NCBI GenBank assembly: GCA_958295525.1
Contig: OY282355.1
Span: forward strand, 1,487,504 to 1,551,503
Length of the DNA: 64,000 bases
Reading direction: 5' to 3'
From: an uncultured Dehalococcoidia bacterium
GTDB taxonomy: Bacteria; Chloroflexota; Dehalococcoidia; Lucifugimonadales; Australimonadaceae
The translations under genes and the position numbers were made by a program. This document shows, piece after piece, positions 27,804 through 35,559 of this stretch (position 1 is its first letter; every line of letters begins with the position of its first letter). The notes under the pieces are model-generated. The model had not been told where the DNA came from. It saw only the letters and a program-made list of their open reading frames with translations, and did no database searches.

Positions 27804-28469
27804 TCAAGTCAGAGGCTCGAATTCTTCGCAGAACCACGCCGCTTCGTTGCTGGGTATGGCAACGCTCGTAAGCGATAACGCTACTGCTATGCCCCGGACC
27901 ACCTTCCTATCAGAGACGAGACGGGCAGGAACCCACGCCGTGTAACTTTCCAGATGGTCGGCCTCGGAGACCTCGGAGTGGACAGTTATTTTGCCGATCG
28001 GCTCTTGCCACCTCTCGCCGAGCAACGCCCAGGTCATATCGGTGTCCGGCAAGCCGAATGCTTTTAGCGGGTCGGCTTCGCTGGCGATTTCCCTGAGCGC
28101 GCCGATCACTTGCTTGCCGCCGGAGGCAGGGGCTTCGACTCTTTGGATCGGGTTGCGCTGTTCCTTGCGCGCCCGCCGACGGCCTTTCTCAACGATGGCG
28201 GGCTCGACGGCGAAATCCACGGCTGGCCGAATGAAGGTGACCTTGTTCTTCCACGCGACGCTTATGCTTCCGTTGGCCAGCGTGGTCTTGGGGAGGTTTT
28301 TCGCCCACTTGGCGGCGTCGCAATCGTGGACTGGCCACGGGGGGCCTAACTCGTCAAACAAAACGAGTGAACCGCAGTTGCACCGGAGGAGGAAGATGTC
28401 CGATTGGCATTCCCTACACTTGGTGGGAAACGTAATGGTCTGACACCACTCGCCGTGGGTGGGAATCAT
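27804..28469 (-). CDS. hypothetical protein with N-terminal Cys-rich zinc-ribbon-like motif
   Basis: 221 aa. CQ...C-x2-C...C-x-C...H-x-C within the first 50 residues. The rest is unrecognised. Visibly lower GC than the flanking genes. Confidence 0.5.
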   Translation of the reverse strand: MIPTHGEWCQTITFPTKCRECQSDIFLLRCNCGSLVLFDELGPPWPVHDCDAAKWAKNLPKTTLANGSISVAWKNKVTFIRPAVDFAVEPAIVEKGRRRARKEQRNPIQRVEAPASGGKQVIGALREIASEADPLKAFGLPDTDMTWALLGERWQEPIGKITVHSEVSEADHLESYTAWVPARLVSDRKVVRGIAVALSLTSVAIPSNEAAWFCEEFEPLT

Positions 28470-28478
28470 AGCGTCCCC

Positions 28479-29216
28479 TCATGCCGCCCGCGCCCGGATG
28501 CGCGACGCCACGTCCATCCCCAATGAGACGCGCTCCCCCGCGCAGGTAACGTCCACCACGCGCCGATAGTCGGCGACCTCCTCGACCCGGATGCGCTCGC
28601 CGGGCAGCATCTTGCTATTCACCAGATAGGAGAGCAGAGGGAATTCCTCGTCGGGTATGCGCGTAATGCGGTACACGCTTCCTTCCTGCGCCTCGCTCAG
28701 CCGGATCGTGCCCGGGTCGGCCGTCCGCAGTTCCTTGTCGGTCGACTTGTAGATGGGGCGTCCGTAGGGGCAAGCGTCGGGGTAGCCCAGTTTCTCCTCG
28801 ATCCGGCCAAGCAGAGCGGGCGAGATGCCGTGCTCCAGGCTGTGCGCCTCCGACTCCGCGAGTTCCAGCGGCACCCCCAACACGTCCACCAGCAGCCGCT
28901 CGGAGAGCCGGTGACGCCGCGCCACGTCGCGCGCCCGCGCCTCGCCCACCGGCGTCAGGTCTATCCGCTTCTCCTTCGTGACCTGCAGCAGCCCCTCTTT
29001 CGCCATCCGCTGCACCATGCCGGAGACGGACGCCAGCGTCGTGCCGATTTCCTCCCCCTCGGGAATCCGGCGCAGATACGAGGCGAGTTCGCTCATATGC
29101 GGCCTCAGGCCGTCCTCCCGCAGAATGGCGAGCGAGAGCAAGTAGTTCTCCGCCGTATGCGAGATGCGCTGCGATCCGACCGGGCGGTTGCGCGTTCGCG
29201 TCGTCATACCCCGCAT
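28479..29216 (-). CDS. DtxR/MntR-family metal-dependent transcriptional regulator with C-terminal FeoA-like domain
   Basis: SHTAENYLLSLAILRE...MSELASYL...SVSGMVQRMAKEGLL...RHRLSERLLVDVLG....ESEAHSLEHGISP. Start at 29216 or 29207. Confidence 0.85.
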   Translation of the reverse strand: MRGMTTRTRNRPVGSQRISHTAENYLLSLAILREDGLRPHMSELASYLRRIPEGEEIGTTLASVSGMVQRMAKEGLLQVTKEKRIDLTPVGEARARDVARRHRLSERLLVDVLGVPLELAESEAHSLEHGISPALLGRIEEKLGYPDACPYGRPIYKSTDKELRTADPGTIRLSEAQEGSVYRITRIPDEEFPLLSYLVNSKMLPGERIRVEEVADYRRVVDVTCAGERVSLGMDVASRIRARAA

Positions 29217-29318
29217 TATAGCGCGCCTGCCCGCCGACGCGGACGGACGGCGCGCGGCGGCCGGAATCAACGCCACCGGCGGGCGACGAGCGCACAGGCC
29301 GCAGACGCGGCGGCAGCG

Positions 29319-29564
29319 CTACAACTGCTCGAGCGCGGCGTCCACCACCGCCAGCGGGATTCCCTGGTAGTCGCTGAGTTCCCGCCGAAAGTCGGCTTCG
29401 GGGATGCCGCCTTGTCCGCCTTGGGGAAAGGAAAGCGTCACGAGAACCTCGTACCCGCTCAGGTCATACCGATAGGTTACGGCTTGGCCCTGCTCCAGGT
29501 GAACGGAGTACCCCATCTCCTTCATGACGAAGTCGGCGGCGGCTCGGCTGATGAACTCAGGCAT
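29319..29564 (-). CDS. small HicA-like (YcfA fold) protein lacking the usual GSH histidine
   Basis: 81 aa. The layout helix-(GY.V....)-strands-(IPEADFRRELSDYQGI) parallels HicA toxins. Assignment by eye only. Confidence 0.35.
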   Translation of the reverse strand: MPEFISRAAADFVMKEMGYSVHLEQGQAVTYRYDLSGYEVLVTLSFPQGGQGGIPEADFRRELSDYQGIPLAVVDAALEQL

Positions 29565-29572
29565 GTCGGAGC

Positions 29573-29866
29573 CTACGCAGGGACGAGGGCTTCCTGCTGG
29601 ATGCTGATACGGCGCGGCGGAAGGCGCCCCTCGCCGGGAGAGACGATGCGGTAGCCGACGCCCCGCCGGTCGAAGTAGTCGGTCATCTCCTCCCGCGATG
29701 CGAAACTGCTCGCGAGCAAGCGCATGGCCTCGTCCGCCCGAGGGCGTAACCCCTCGAACGTGTCCGCGTACACAAACGTGCCCATCTGCTCGATCATCCC
29801 CGCCCAGTACGTCCCGCGGTCGTAGGCGGTCACATCCATGGAGAAAGAGATTCCTGCGCCGTTCAT
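29573..29866 (-). CDS. HicB-like N-terminal-domain protein (putative antitoxin)
   Basis: ATG at 29866 preceded by AGGAGGAG. ISFSMDVTAYDRGTYWAGMIEQMGTFVYADTFEGLRPRADEAMRLL resembles the HicB fold pattern. The upstream 35 codons of the track ORF are translated tandem repeats. Confidence 0.4.
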   Translation of the reverse strand: MNGAGISFSMDVTAYDRGTYWAGMIEQMGTFVYADTFEGLRPRADEAMRLLASSFASREEMTDYFDRRGVGYRIVSPGEGRLPPRRISIQQEALVPA

Positions 29867-29929
29867 GCTGACTCCTCCTAACCCCGTCGCCGTGCGCTGG
29901 CTTGGGGCTCCAGCACAGCCTAGGAGCGA

Positions 29930-29992
29930 CATAATCTTAACAGAAAGCAACATAATCCTAACAGAAAGCAATATAATCCTAACAGAAACCTA
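29930..29992. repeat. three tandem 21-bp AT-rich direct repeats (CATAATC(T/C)TAACAGAAAGCAA)
   Basis: Units at 29930-29950, 29951-29971 and 29972-29992 (the last is degenerate at its 3' end), followed by TTGTCAAG-AC-TTGTCAAG (29998-30015). Lies between divergent genes. Confidence 0.85.
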
Positions 29993-30069
29993 ACATATTG
30001 TCAAGACTTGTCAAGGAGGGGCCGGGCGCGGCAGCCTCCCTTGCCTGCCGGAGGGCGCAGCGAACGGGA

Positions 30070-31083
30070 ATGGTCGACTTTCGCGTGATGAACCGCATAG
30101 CGCTGGACGAGCCCCGCGTCGTCTCCGAGCCGCCGCGACGGCAGCCGGGGCAGTGGGACGCCGGAGCGCGGGACGCCTTCCTCGCCTCGCTGCGAAGCAA
30201 CGGGCGTTACAAGTACAGCCGCTACAACGGCCTCCCCTTGCGCTACGCCGGAGGCAAGAGCCTCGCCGTCGGACACGTCGTCGAGAACCTCCCACGACGC
30301 ATCTCGAGGGTCGTCTCGCCGTTCATCGGCGGGGGCTCGGTCGAAATCGCCTGCGCTAGGGAACTGGGCGTTCCCGTGCAGGGCTACGACGTCTTCGACA
30401 TCCTCGCGAACTACTGGGAAGTCCAATTGCGCGATCCCAAGCGCCTCGCCGAGCGCATCAGGCAGTGGGAGCCGACGCAGCAGCGCTACCGGCAGGTGAA
30501 GCAGCGCCTCAAGGAGCACTGGACGCGGACTCGCCCTATCGCGGACGCGCTCGAACTGGCCGCGCACTACTGGTTCAACCACAACCTCTCCTACGGGCCG
30601 GGGTTCCTCGGCTGGATGTCCAATATCTACGAGGACGAAGTCCGCTACGAGCGGCTCGTCGCCAAAGTGGAGCGCTTCTCTTGCCCGACGCTCTCCGTGA
30701 CGCGCGGAAGTTTCGAGGAGACGATCCCCGCTCACTCCAACGATTTCCTCTACTGCGACCCGCCCTACTACCTCAACGGCGACAGCAAAATGTTCCGGGG
30801 CATCTACCCGCAGCGCAACTTCCCCGTCCATCACGCGAACTTTCCTCACGACCGCCTCCGCGACCTGCTGCGCCTGCACAGGGGAGGCTTCGTCCTCTCC
30901 TACAACGACTGCGAAACGATCCGTGAGTGGTACGCCGACTGCAAGATCATCGAGGTCGCATGGCAGTACACGCTTGGGCAAGGCGAGACGCGCATCGGCA
31001 AGAACCGCATCGAGAACGGAACGAACAACCACGTCAAAGCGTCGCACGAACTCCTCATCGTGAAAGAGGCTTGCAATGGCTAG
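30070..31083 (+). CDS. Dam-family (D12 class) N6-adenine DNA methyltransferase
   Basis: LRYAGGKSLAVGHVVENLP....VVSPFIGGGSVEI (AdoMet motif) and FLYCDPPYY (catalytic DPPY). Start at ATG 30070 or 30088. Confidence 0.85.
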   Translation: MVDFRVMNRIALDEPRVVSEPPRRQPGQWDAGARDAFLASLRSNGRYKYSRYNGLPLRYAGGKSLAVGHVVENLPRRISRVVSPFIGGGSVEIACARELGVPVQGYDVFDILANYWEVQLRDPKRLAERIRQWEPTQQRYRQVKQRLKEHWTRTRPIADALELAAHYWFNHNLSYGPGFLGWMSNIYEDEVRYERLVAKVERFSCPTLSVTRGSFEETIPAHSNDFLYCDPPYYLNGDSKMFRGIYPQRNFPVHHANFPHDRLRDLLRLHRGGFVLSYNDCETIREWYADCKIIEVAWQYTLGQGETRIGKNRIENGTNNHVKASHELLIVKEACNG

Positions 31084-31861
31084 GCGGCGCGCAATGACGA
31101 CCGAGCATGCCAGCGAAGTGAAACGCGCGGGACATTGGAACGAGGACGATTTCGCAGCCTTGATCGGCGGGCAGGTCAATCGCGGCTCGCACACCGACAA
31201 GAAGGACGTGATTGACCAGCAGGATCGCTCGCACTCCGTGAAGGCCGGAACCTGGTGGCAGGTATTCCTCTACGGCAGGGAGCGGTTGCGGACGAACACC
31301 ATCTTTCAGGGACTTGGGCAGGTGGCGAACATTATGATCGCCTGCCTTGACGCCTACCCGCCCACCTATGCCGACTACTTGCGAGACAAGCCTGCGGCCA
31401 AGCGGCGGCTCCAGCCGGAAATGCGGAATCTGCTCGCCGAACTCCGAAAGCCGGTCATCTTCCGCGCGTTCCTCGACAAAGCGTTGTTCGACGGCGGCAA
31501 CGCGGAGTACCTCACGGTGTTCCCCGGCCCCGCCGCTGCCCCCGCGCACCAGAAAGTGTTCCACGTGTTCCACAAAGCCGACGTGGTGCAGACGCTCACC
31601 AACGCTGTGACGCTGCGGAACTCAAAAGCGCGCAAGGCGAGCGAAACGGACGATCAGAAAGTGACTTTCTGGTCCAGCCTGCAAGGGAAAACTATCGGCG
31701 AGATAGAAGACCGGCACGACGGCCCAGTCCACTACAAGGAGATGAAATTCAGGCTCAACGCGAAGGGCGTCTTCGAAATTCTGACGAATCAGATAGCGGG
31801 CAAGAGCCAGCCCCGCCCGCGAGTCTTCGCCTACGGGCGCGCCGCGCGACTCTTCAAGTAG
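31076..31861 (+). CDS. putative Type II restriction endonuclease partner of the Dam-like methyltransferase
   Basis: 261-aa ORF overlapping the methyltransferase stop by 8 nt. Possible PD-(D/E)xK-like segment DKKDVIDQQDRSHSVKAG. No family recognised; the function is inferred from context. Confidence 0.45.
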   Translation: MARRRAMTTEHASEVKRAGHWNEDDFAALIGGQVNRGSHTDKKDVIDQQDRSHSVKAGTWWQVFLYGRERLRTNTIFQGLGQVANIMIACLDAYPPTYADYLRDKPAAKRRLQPEMRNLLAELRKPVIFRAFLDKALFDGGNAEYLTVFPGPAAAPAHQKVFHVFHKADVVQTLTNAVTLRNSKARKASETDDQKVTFWSSLQGKTIGEIEDRHDGPVHYKEMKFRLNAKGVFEILTNQIAGKSQPRPRVFAYGRAARLFK

Positions 31862-31901
31862 CACCGCTTCCGCGGCAAGCGGTCGGCGGCCCCCCTCCCT
31901 C

Positions 31902-31926
31902 CGTCATTCCCGCGCAGGCGGGAATC
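31902..31926. repeat. single palindromic repeat core
   Basis: CGTCATTCCCGCGCAGGCGGGAATC, followed by a C-rich run. Confidence 0.75.
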
Positions 31927-32001
31927 TGCTGCAATCGTCAACCCCCTCCCCCCCCCTTTGCGGTATGCTAAGCCGCGCCCTTTGGATCAGGAGGAACCGA
32001 A

Positions 32002-32646
32002 TTGCCCACCCTCGCAGGCCCGTTCCGAGAACCGCTCGCCGGCGGAGCGCCCAACGCGCTCGTGACGCTGCTGCACGGCATCGGCGCGAACGGCGAAGAC
32101 CTCATCGGCCTCGCCGACGCGCTCGCGCCCCGGTTCCCGCATGCCGCCTTCCACGCGCCCGACGCTCCGCATCCCTACGCCGAGGCGGGCTTCGGCTATC
32201 AGTGGTTCCCCCGCGAGCCGGAGCCGGCGAGGCGCGAAGGCGTCCGCGCGGCGTCGGGCGCCGTCAACGCCCACATCGCCGGCTTGCTGGCCGAGCACGC
32301 GTTGGACTCGCGGCGCTGCGTCCTCGTCGGCTTCTCGCAAGGCTGTATGACCGCGCTCCACGCCGCGCCGAGGATGGAGCCCCAACTCGCGGGCGTCGTC
32401 GGCTTCAGCGGCGCGCTGCTCGACGCCGAAACGCTGCCGGACGAGACGCGCAGCAAGCCGCCGTTCCTGCTCGCGCACGGCGGCGCGGACACGGTCGTCC
32501 CCCCAACCGCCACTGCCGAGGCCGCCCAAACGCTCGCCGGACTCGGCTTCGAGGTCGAGGCGCATATCATTCCCGGGCTTGGCCACGGCATAGACCAGCG
32601 CGGGCTGGAGTTGGCGACGCAGTTTATGGAGCGCGTTCTGGGGTAG
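32002..32646 (+). CDS. alpha/beta hydrolase, phospholipase/carboxylesterase family
   Basis: TTG start. LLHGIGANGEDL, nucleophile elbow GFSQGC, LAHGGADTVVP and GLGHGI (Ser-Asp-His triad pattern). Confidence 0.8.
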   Translation: MPTLAGPFREPLAGGAPNALVTLLHGIGANGEDLIGLADALAPRFPHAAFHAPDAPHPYAEAGFGYQWFPREPEPARREGVRAASGAVNAHIAGLLAEHALDSRRCVLVGFSQGCMTALHAAPRMEPQLAGVVGFSGALLDAETLPDETRSKPPFLLAHGGADTVVPPTATAEAAQTLAGLGFEVEAHIIPGLGHGIDQRGLELATQFMERVLG

Positions 32647-32660
32647 GCGGCGCGTCTTGC

Positions 32661-33401
32661 CTACGGAGCGCGGCTGTCCGCTTGCCCCTCCTGCAGAAGC
32701 GACGTAATGCGTCGGTCTATCCGCTGGCGTTCGAGGATGGCGTTGCACATTTGGCGCGCCATTTCGATCCGGTCTTCCGAAAGGTTGCGGTCGAGAACGG
32801 CCTCGTCAATGACCGTTCCCTTCAGATACTTAGCGTTAAGCGTAGGGTAAGTTTTGCCCCACCGCGACAGCGACGAGAGAAATGCGCGGAAGTCCCCGCG
32901 CAGCATCAGAAACAGCGCCGAAGTCGCTATTCCGTCGTCATCGCCGCAGGCTGAAAGCAGCCTTTCGCCTGGGCGAAATGGGTGCAATTTCGTCGTGAAA
33001 TAGCAATCCTCTTCCCCTGTGACGATCGTGAATTTCCCGAGGTAAACGCGCGTAGTTGGGACGAGGACGTGCCAGTCGTCAAGCGACATGATGTCCCCTT
33101 TCCGAGTTTTGCTTCGGACTCGGCCGGTCTGCTTGCCGTCTCCGGCGTCATCGCCCGACTCTTGCTGGCTGGGGTCTATGAACCGCGGGGAAATGCGCCC
33201 CATCCGATCTATGTCGCCAATCTCGCAGTAGCGGTACGCCGTGTCCGGCTCGGCCGGCTCGTGGTCTACGTCCGCAATGAAAAACGCCTCCGACGCGGGG
33301 ATAGGAGAGGCTATCCTCGACTGCGCGAGCGCGTAGTCGACGTCCAGCCGCAAGCCCGGCCCCCGCAGGAGGTCTGCCGGAGCTATAGCGCGGACTTCCA
33401 T
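32661..33401 (-). CDS. restriction-modification specificity (S)-like protein with a single target-recognition domain
   Basis: 246 aa. YCEIGDID..GRI......RKGDIM......LGKFTIV.......TTKLHPFRP and a helical C-terminal tail resemble a HsdS half-subunit. Overlaps the upstream methyltransferase gene by 19 nt. Confidence 0.5.
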   Translation of the reverse strand: MEVRAIAPADLLRGPGLRLDVDYALAQSRIASPIPASEAFFIADVDHEPAEPDTAYRYCEIGDIDRMGRISPRFIDPSQQESGDDAGDGKQTGRVRSKTRKGDIMSLDDWHVLVPTTRVYLGKFTIVTGEEDCYFTTKLHPFRPGERLLSACGDDDGIATSALFLMLRGDFRAFLSSLSRWGKTYPTLNAKYLKGTVIDEAVLDRNLSEDRIEMARQMCNAILERQRIDRRITSLLQEGQADSRAP

Positions 33402-35461
33402 AACCGCTCCCTCCGAAAGTAATCTAAGATGCCCGCGAGGTCGTTCCGGTCGTCCGGTCGCTCGTTCTTCGCGGTGCGCTGATACCCTAAGTAATTCGCC
33501 CGCGCGAACAAGATATGCTTGTGAGACTGAAGATGCTCGCTTGCCGTCTCGTTGTAATGGTCGGCCAATTCGCTCGGCGCCTTCTTCTGCGCGAAAACTA
33601 AAGAGGTTTTCGTGGAAGTGTAAGGATAGAAAGCGTCAGCGGGGAGAGACACCACCGCTTTGATCCAAAAATGCCGCAGAAGGTGGTCGCGGGCCGCGCT
33701 CTTCACCCCATCGAGCAAACTATTCGGAACGACGACACCCAATCTCCCGCCCGGCTTGAGCAGTTGGAACCAGCGGTCGAGGAACAACGCTTCGCTCGCT
33801 TTCGTTTGCGCGACTATAGCCAAAGATTTCGCGTATCTGGCAAGTTCGTCGTCGGTGTATTTGACTGAAAAAGGAGGATTGGAGATAACTGCGTCAAAAT
33901 GTTCGGAAACATCCCTGGGGTAGATTCCATGCGGAGCGGAGCCGGACAGTTCAGGGCAAGCGGAAGAGTACTGGGAAAACGCCGCCAAACCGTCGCCTTG
34001 CTGCGGCCCCGAAAAGATGCAGGACGATCCATCCGCATGCAACAGCATGTTGATCTGGGCGGCCAAACCAAGGTCTGAGTTGATTTCCAATCCATAGCAA
34101 TGGTCGCCTGCCCAGGCGTGACGACGCTCCTGATTGAGGGTTTTGTTGATTATTTCCCTGGCGCCGCTGTTCAACTTGTCCCATTCCGTGTCGCGCAGCG
34201 TTTGCACCGCCGCGAAAATGCGCTCCATCGCCTTGACTAGGAATGTGCCTGACCCCGCGGACGGGTCAATGACCACCGGAGGAGCCTCTCCTTTCCTGAC
34301 GCGCTCAGTTGTCCAGTTTTCTATGTCCAACGCTTGCACGACGAAGTCGGCGATGTTGGCGTGCGTGAAGAATTGACCTTTGTTTTGCTTGAATCCTTGC
34401 CGCATAATGCGCTCGAAGAAATCCCCCAGCATATCCGCGCCGCTTTCGGAATTCGCAAGCGAAAACAGGTCGTACCGCTCGAGTCGCTCTACTGCGTAAC
34501 GAATCTGCGCGTCCGTCCCCTTGCCTGCGTCGCGGACATTTTTCTCATCCGCCTGCTCTCTCGAGAAATTCAGCCTAGTCGTCAAACCGTCGCGGTAGAG
34601 ACCGTTAATCCGCTTCAACGAAGCGTCCAAAGACTCGCCTTCCAGCGTCTGGAATCCGTATTTTTCACCCGGCGTCGCGGTGCGTTCGTCGGTGATCTTC
34701 GCCAAGATAAGCCTCGTCAGAAGATTGAACACGTCCGTGTCCGTCGAACCGCCGCCTCCCCAGAGAACGTCGTGCAGCGTCATCCGGAGGCTGTCTAACT
34801 CGCCAACAGTGACTTCCCGCCGCAGGTCTTTTTTCCCGCCCTTAACGTAAGGCTCTTTGCTCGGTTTGCCGTAGTTGGGGCTAATGGCGTCGGCTGCGAT
34901 AATTTGCCCGTTGTCTTTCCAATCACGGTAGTCACGGCGCTGAGACGCATCCACAACCTGCGCTTCCAAACTAACGGTCCCGAATTCGGCATGCGCCGTT
35001 CCATAGACGAGAACGTCAGGTCTGGGCGTTTCGAACTGCGCCAGCCCGAACAGTTGCGACTCCCACGCCTCGTTCCGCTCCGCCCCGTAGCGGTCCTCGG
35101 TCTTGAGTTCCACCAGCGCATACGCCGACTCCGTTCTGTTCTCTTTGCGCGCGATGGCGATGTCCGCGTATTTGTCTCCCGCTCCCCGTCCCGCGCGGGC
35201 GCGGACCGGGTACTCGATCCACACCAACTCAGGCGCGTATTTCAAGTCGTGAACAATATGGATGACGAACAACGCCCGGACCGCTTCCTCCGGATCCGTC
35301 ACGCTCGTGAGCCTTCCCCTGCGAATCGCGTTGTCGTAGGCGGGGTATCCGCCGACGAGCGACACCACGCATTCGGGCACGCTCTCTATTCTGCGCCGCA
35401 ACGCTTCGCGGAGGCCGGATATGCCTCCGAGTTCCGGCGTATTCCCGTCTGATGAAACCAT
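33383..35461 (-). CDS. fused N6-adenine DNA methyltransferase with N-terminal PD-(D/E)xK (HSDR_N-like) domain; Type IIG/IIB-like RM protein
   Basis: Gamma-class motifs QFFTHANIADFVV, VIDPSAGSGTFLV and ISNPPFSV. The N-terminal GDKYADIAIARK....AYALVELK fits a D...E-x-K nuclease core. Confidence 0.72.
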   Translation of the reverse strand: MVSSDGNTPELGGISGLREALRRRIESVPECVVSLVGGYPAYDNAIRRGRLTSVTDPEEAVRALFVIHIVHDLKYAPELVWIEYPVRARAGRGAGDKYADIAIARKENRTESAYALVELKTEDRYGAERNEAWESQLFGLAQFETPRPDVLVYGTAHAEFGTVSLEAQVVDASQRRDYRDWKDNGQIIAADAISPNYGKPSKEPYVKGGKKDLRREVTVGELDSLRMTLHDVLWGGGGSTDTDVFNLLTRLILAKITDERTATPGEKYGFQTLEGESLDASLKRINGLYRDGLTTRLNFSREQADEKNVRDAGKGTDAQIRYAVERLERYDLFSLANSESGADMLGDFFERIMRQGFKQNKGQFFTHANIADFVVQALDIENWTTERVRKGEAPPVVIDPSAGSGTFLVKAMERIFAAVQTLRDTEWDKLNSGAREIINKTLNQERRHAWAGDHCYGLEINSDLGLAAQINMLLHADGSSCIFSGPQQGDGLAAFSQYSSACPELSGSAPHGIYPRDVSEHFDAVISNPPFSVKYTDDELARYAKSLAIVAQTKASEALFLDRWFQLLKPGGRLGVVVPNSLLDGVKSAARDHLLRHFWIKAVVSLPADAFYPYTSTKTSLVFAQKKAPSELADHYNETASEHLQSHKHILFARANYLGYQRTAKNERPDDRNDLAGILDYFRRERLWKSAL

Positions 35462-35559
35462 CGCCTGCGCTGCCCCCCTCGTTGCCGGCAGGAAGCCGTC
35501 CTGCCCGCAGGTTGCCGCATCCCGGATGCGTTGTCAACCGGCGGGCGTCTTGCCCGCCA

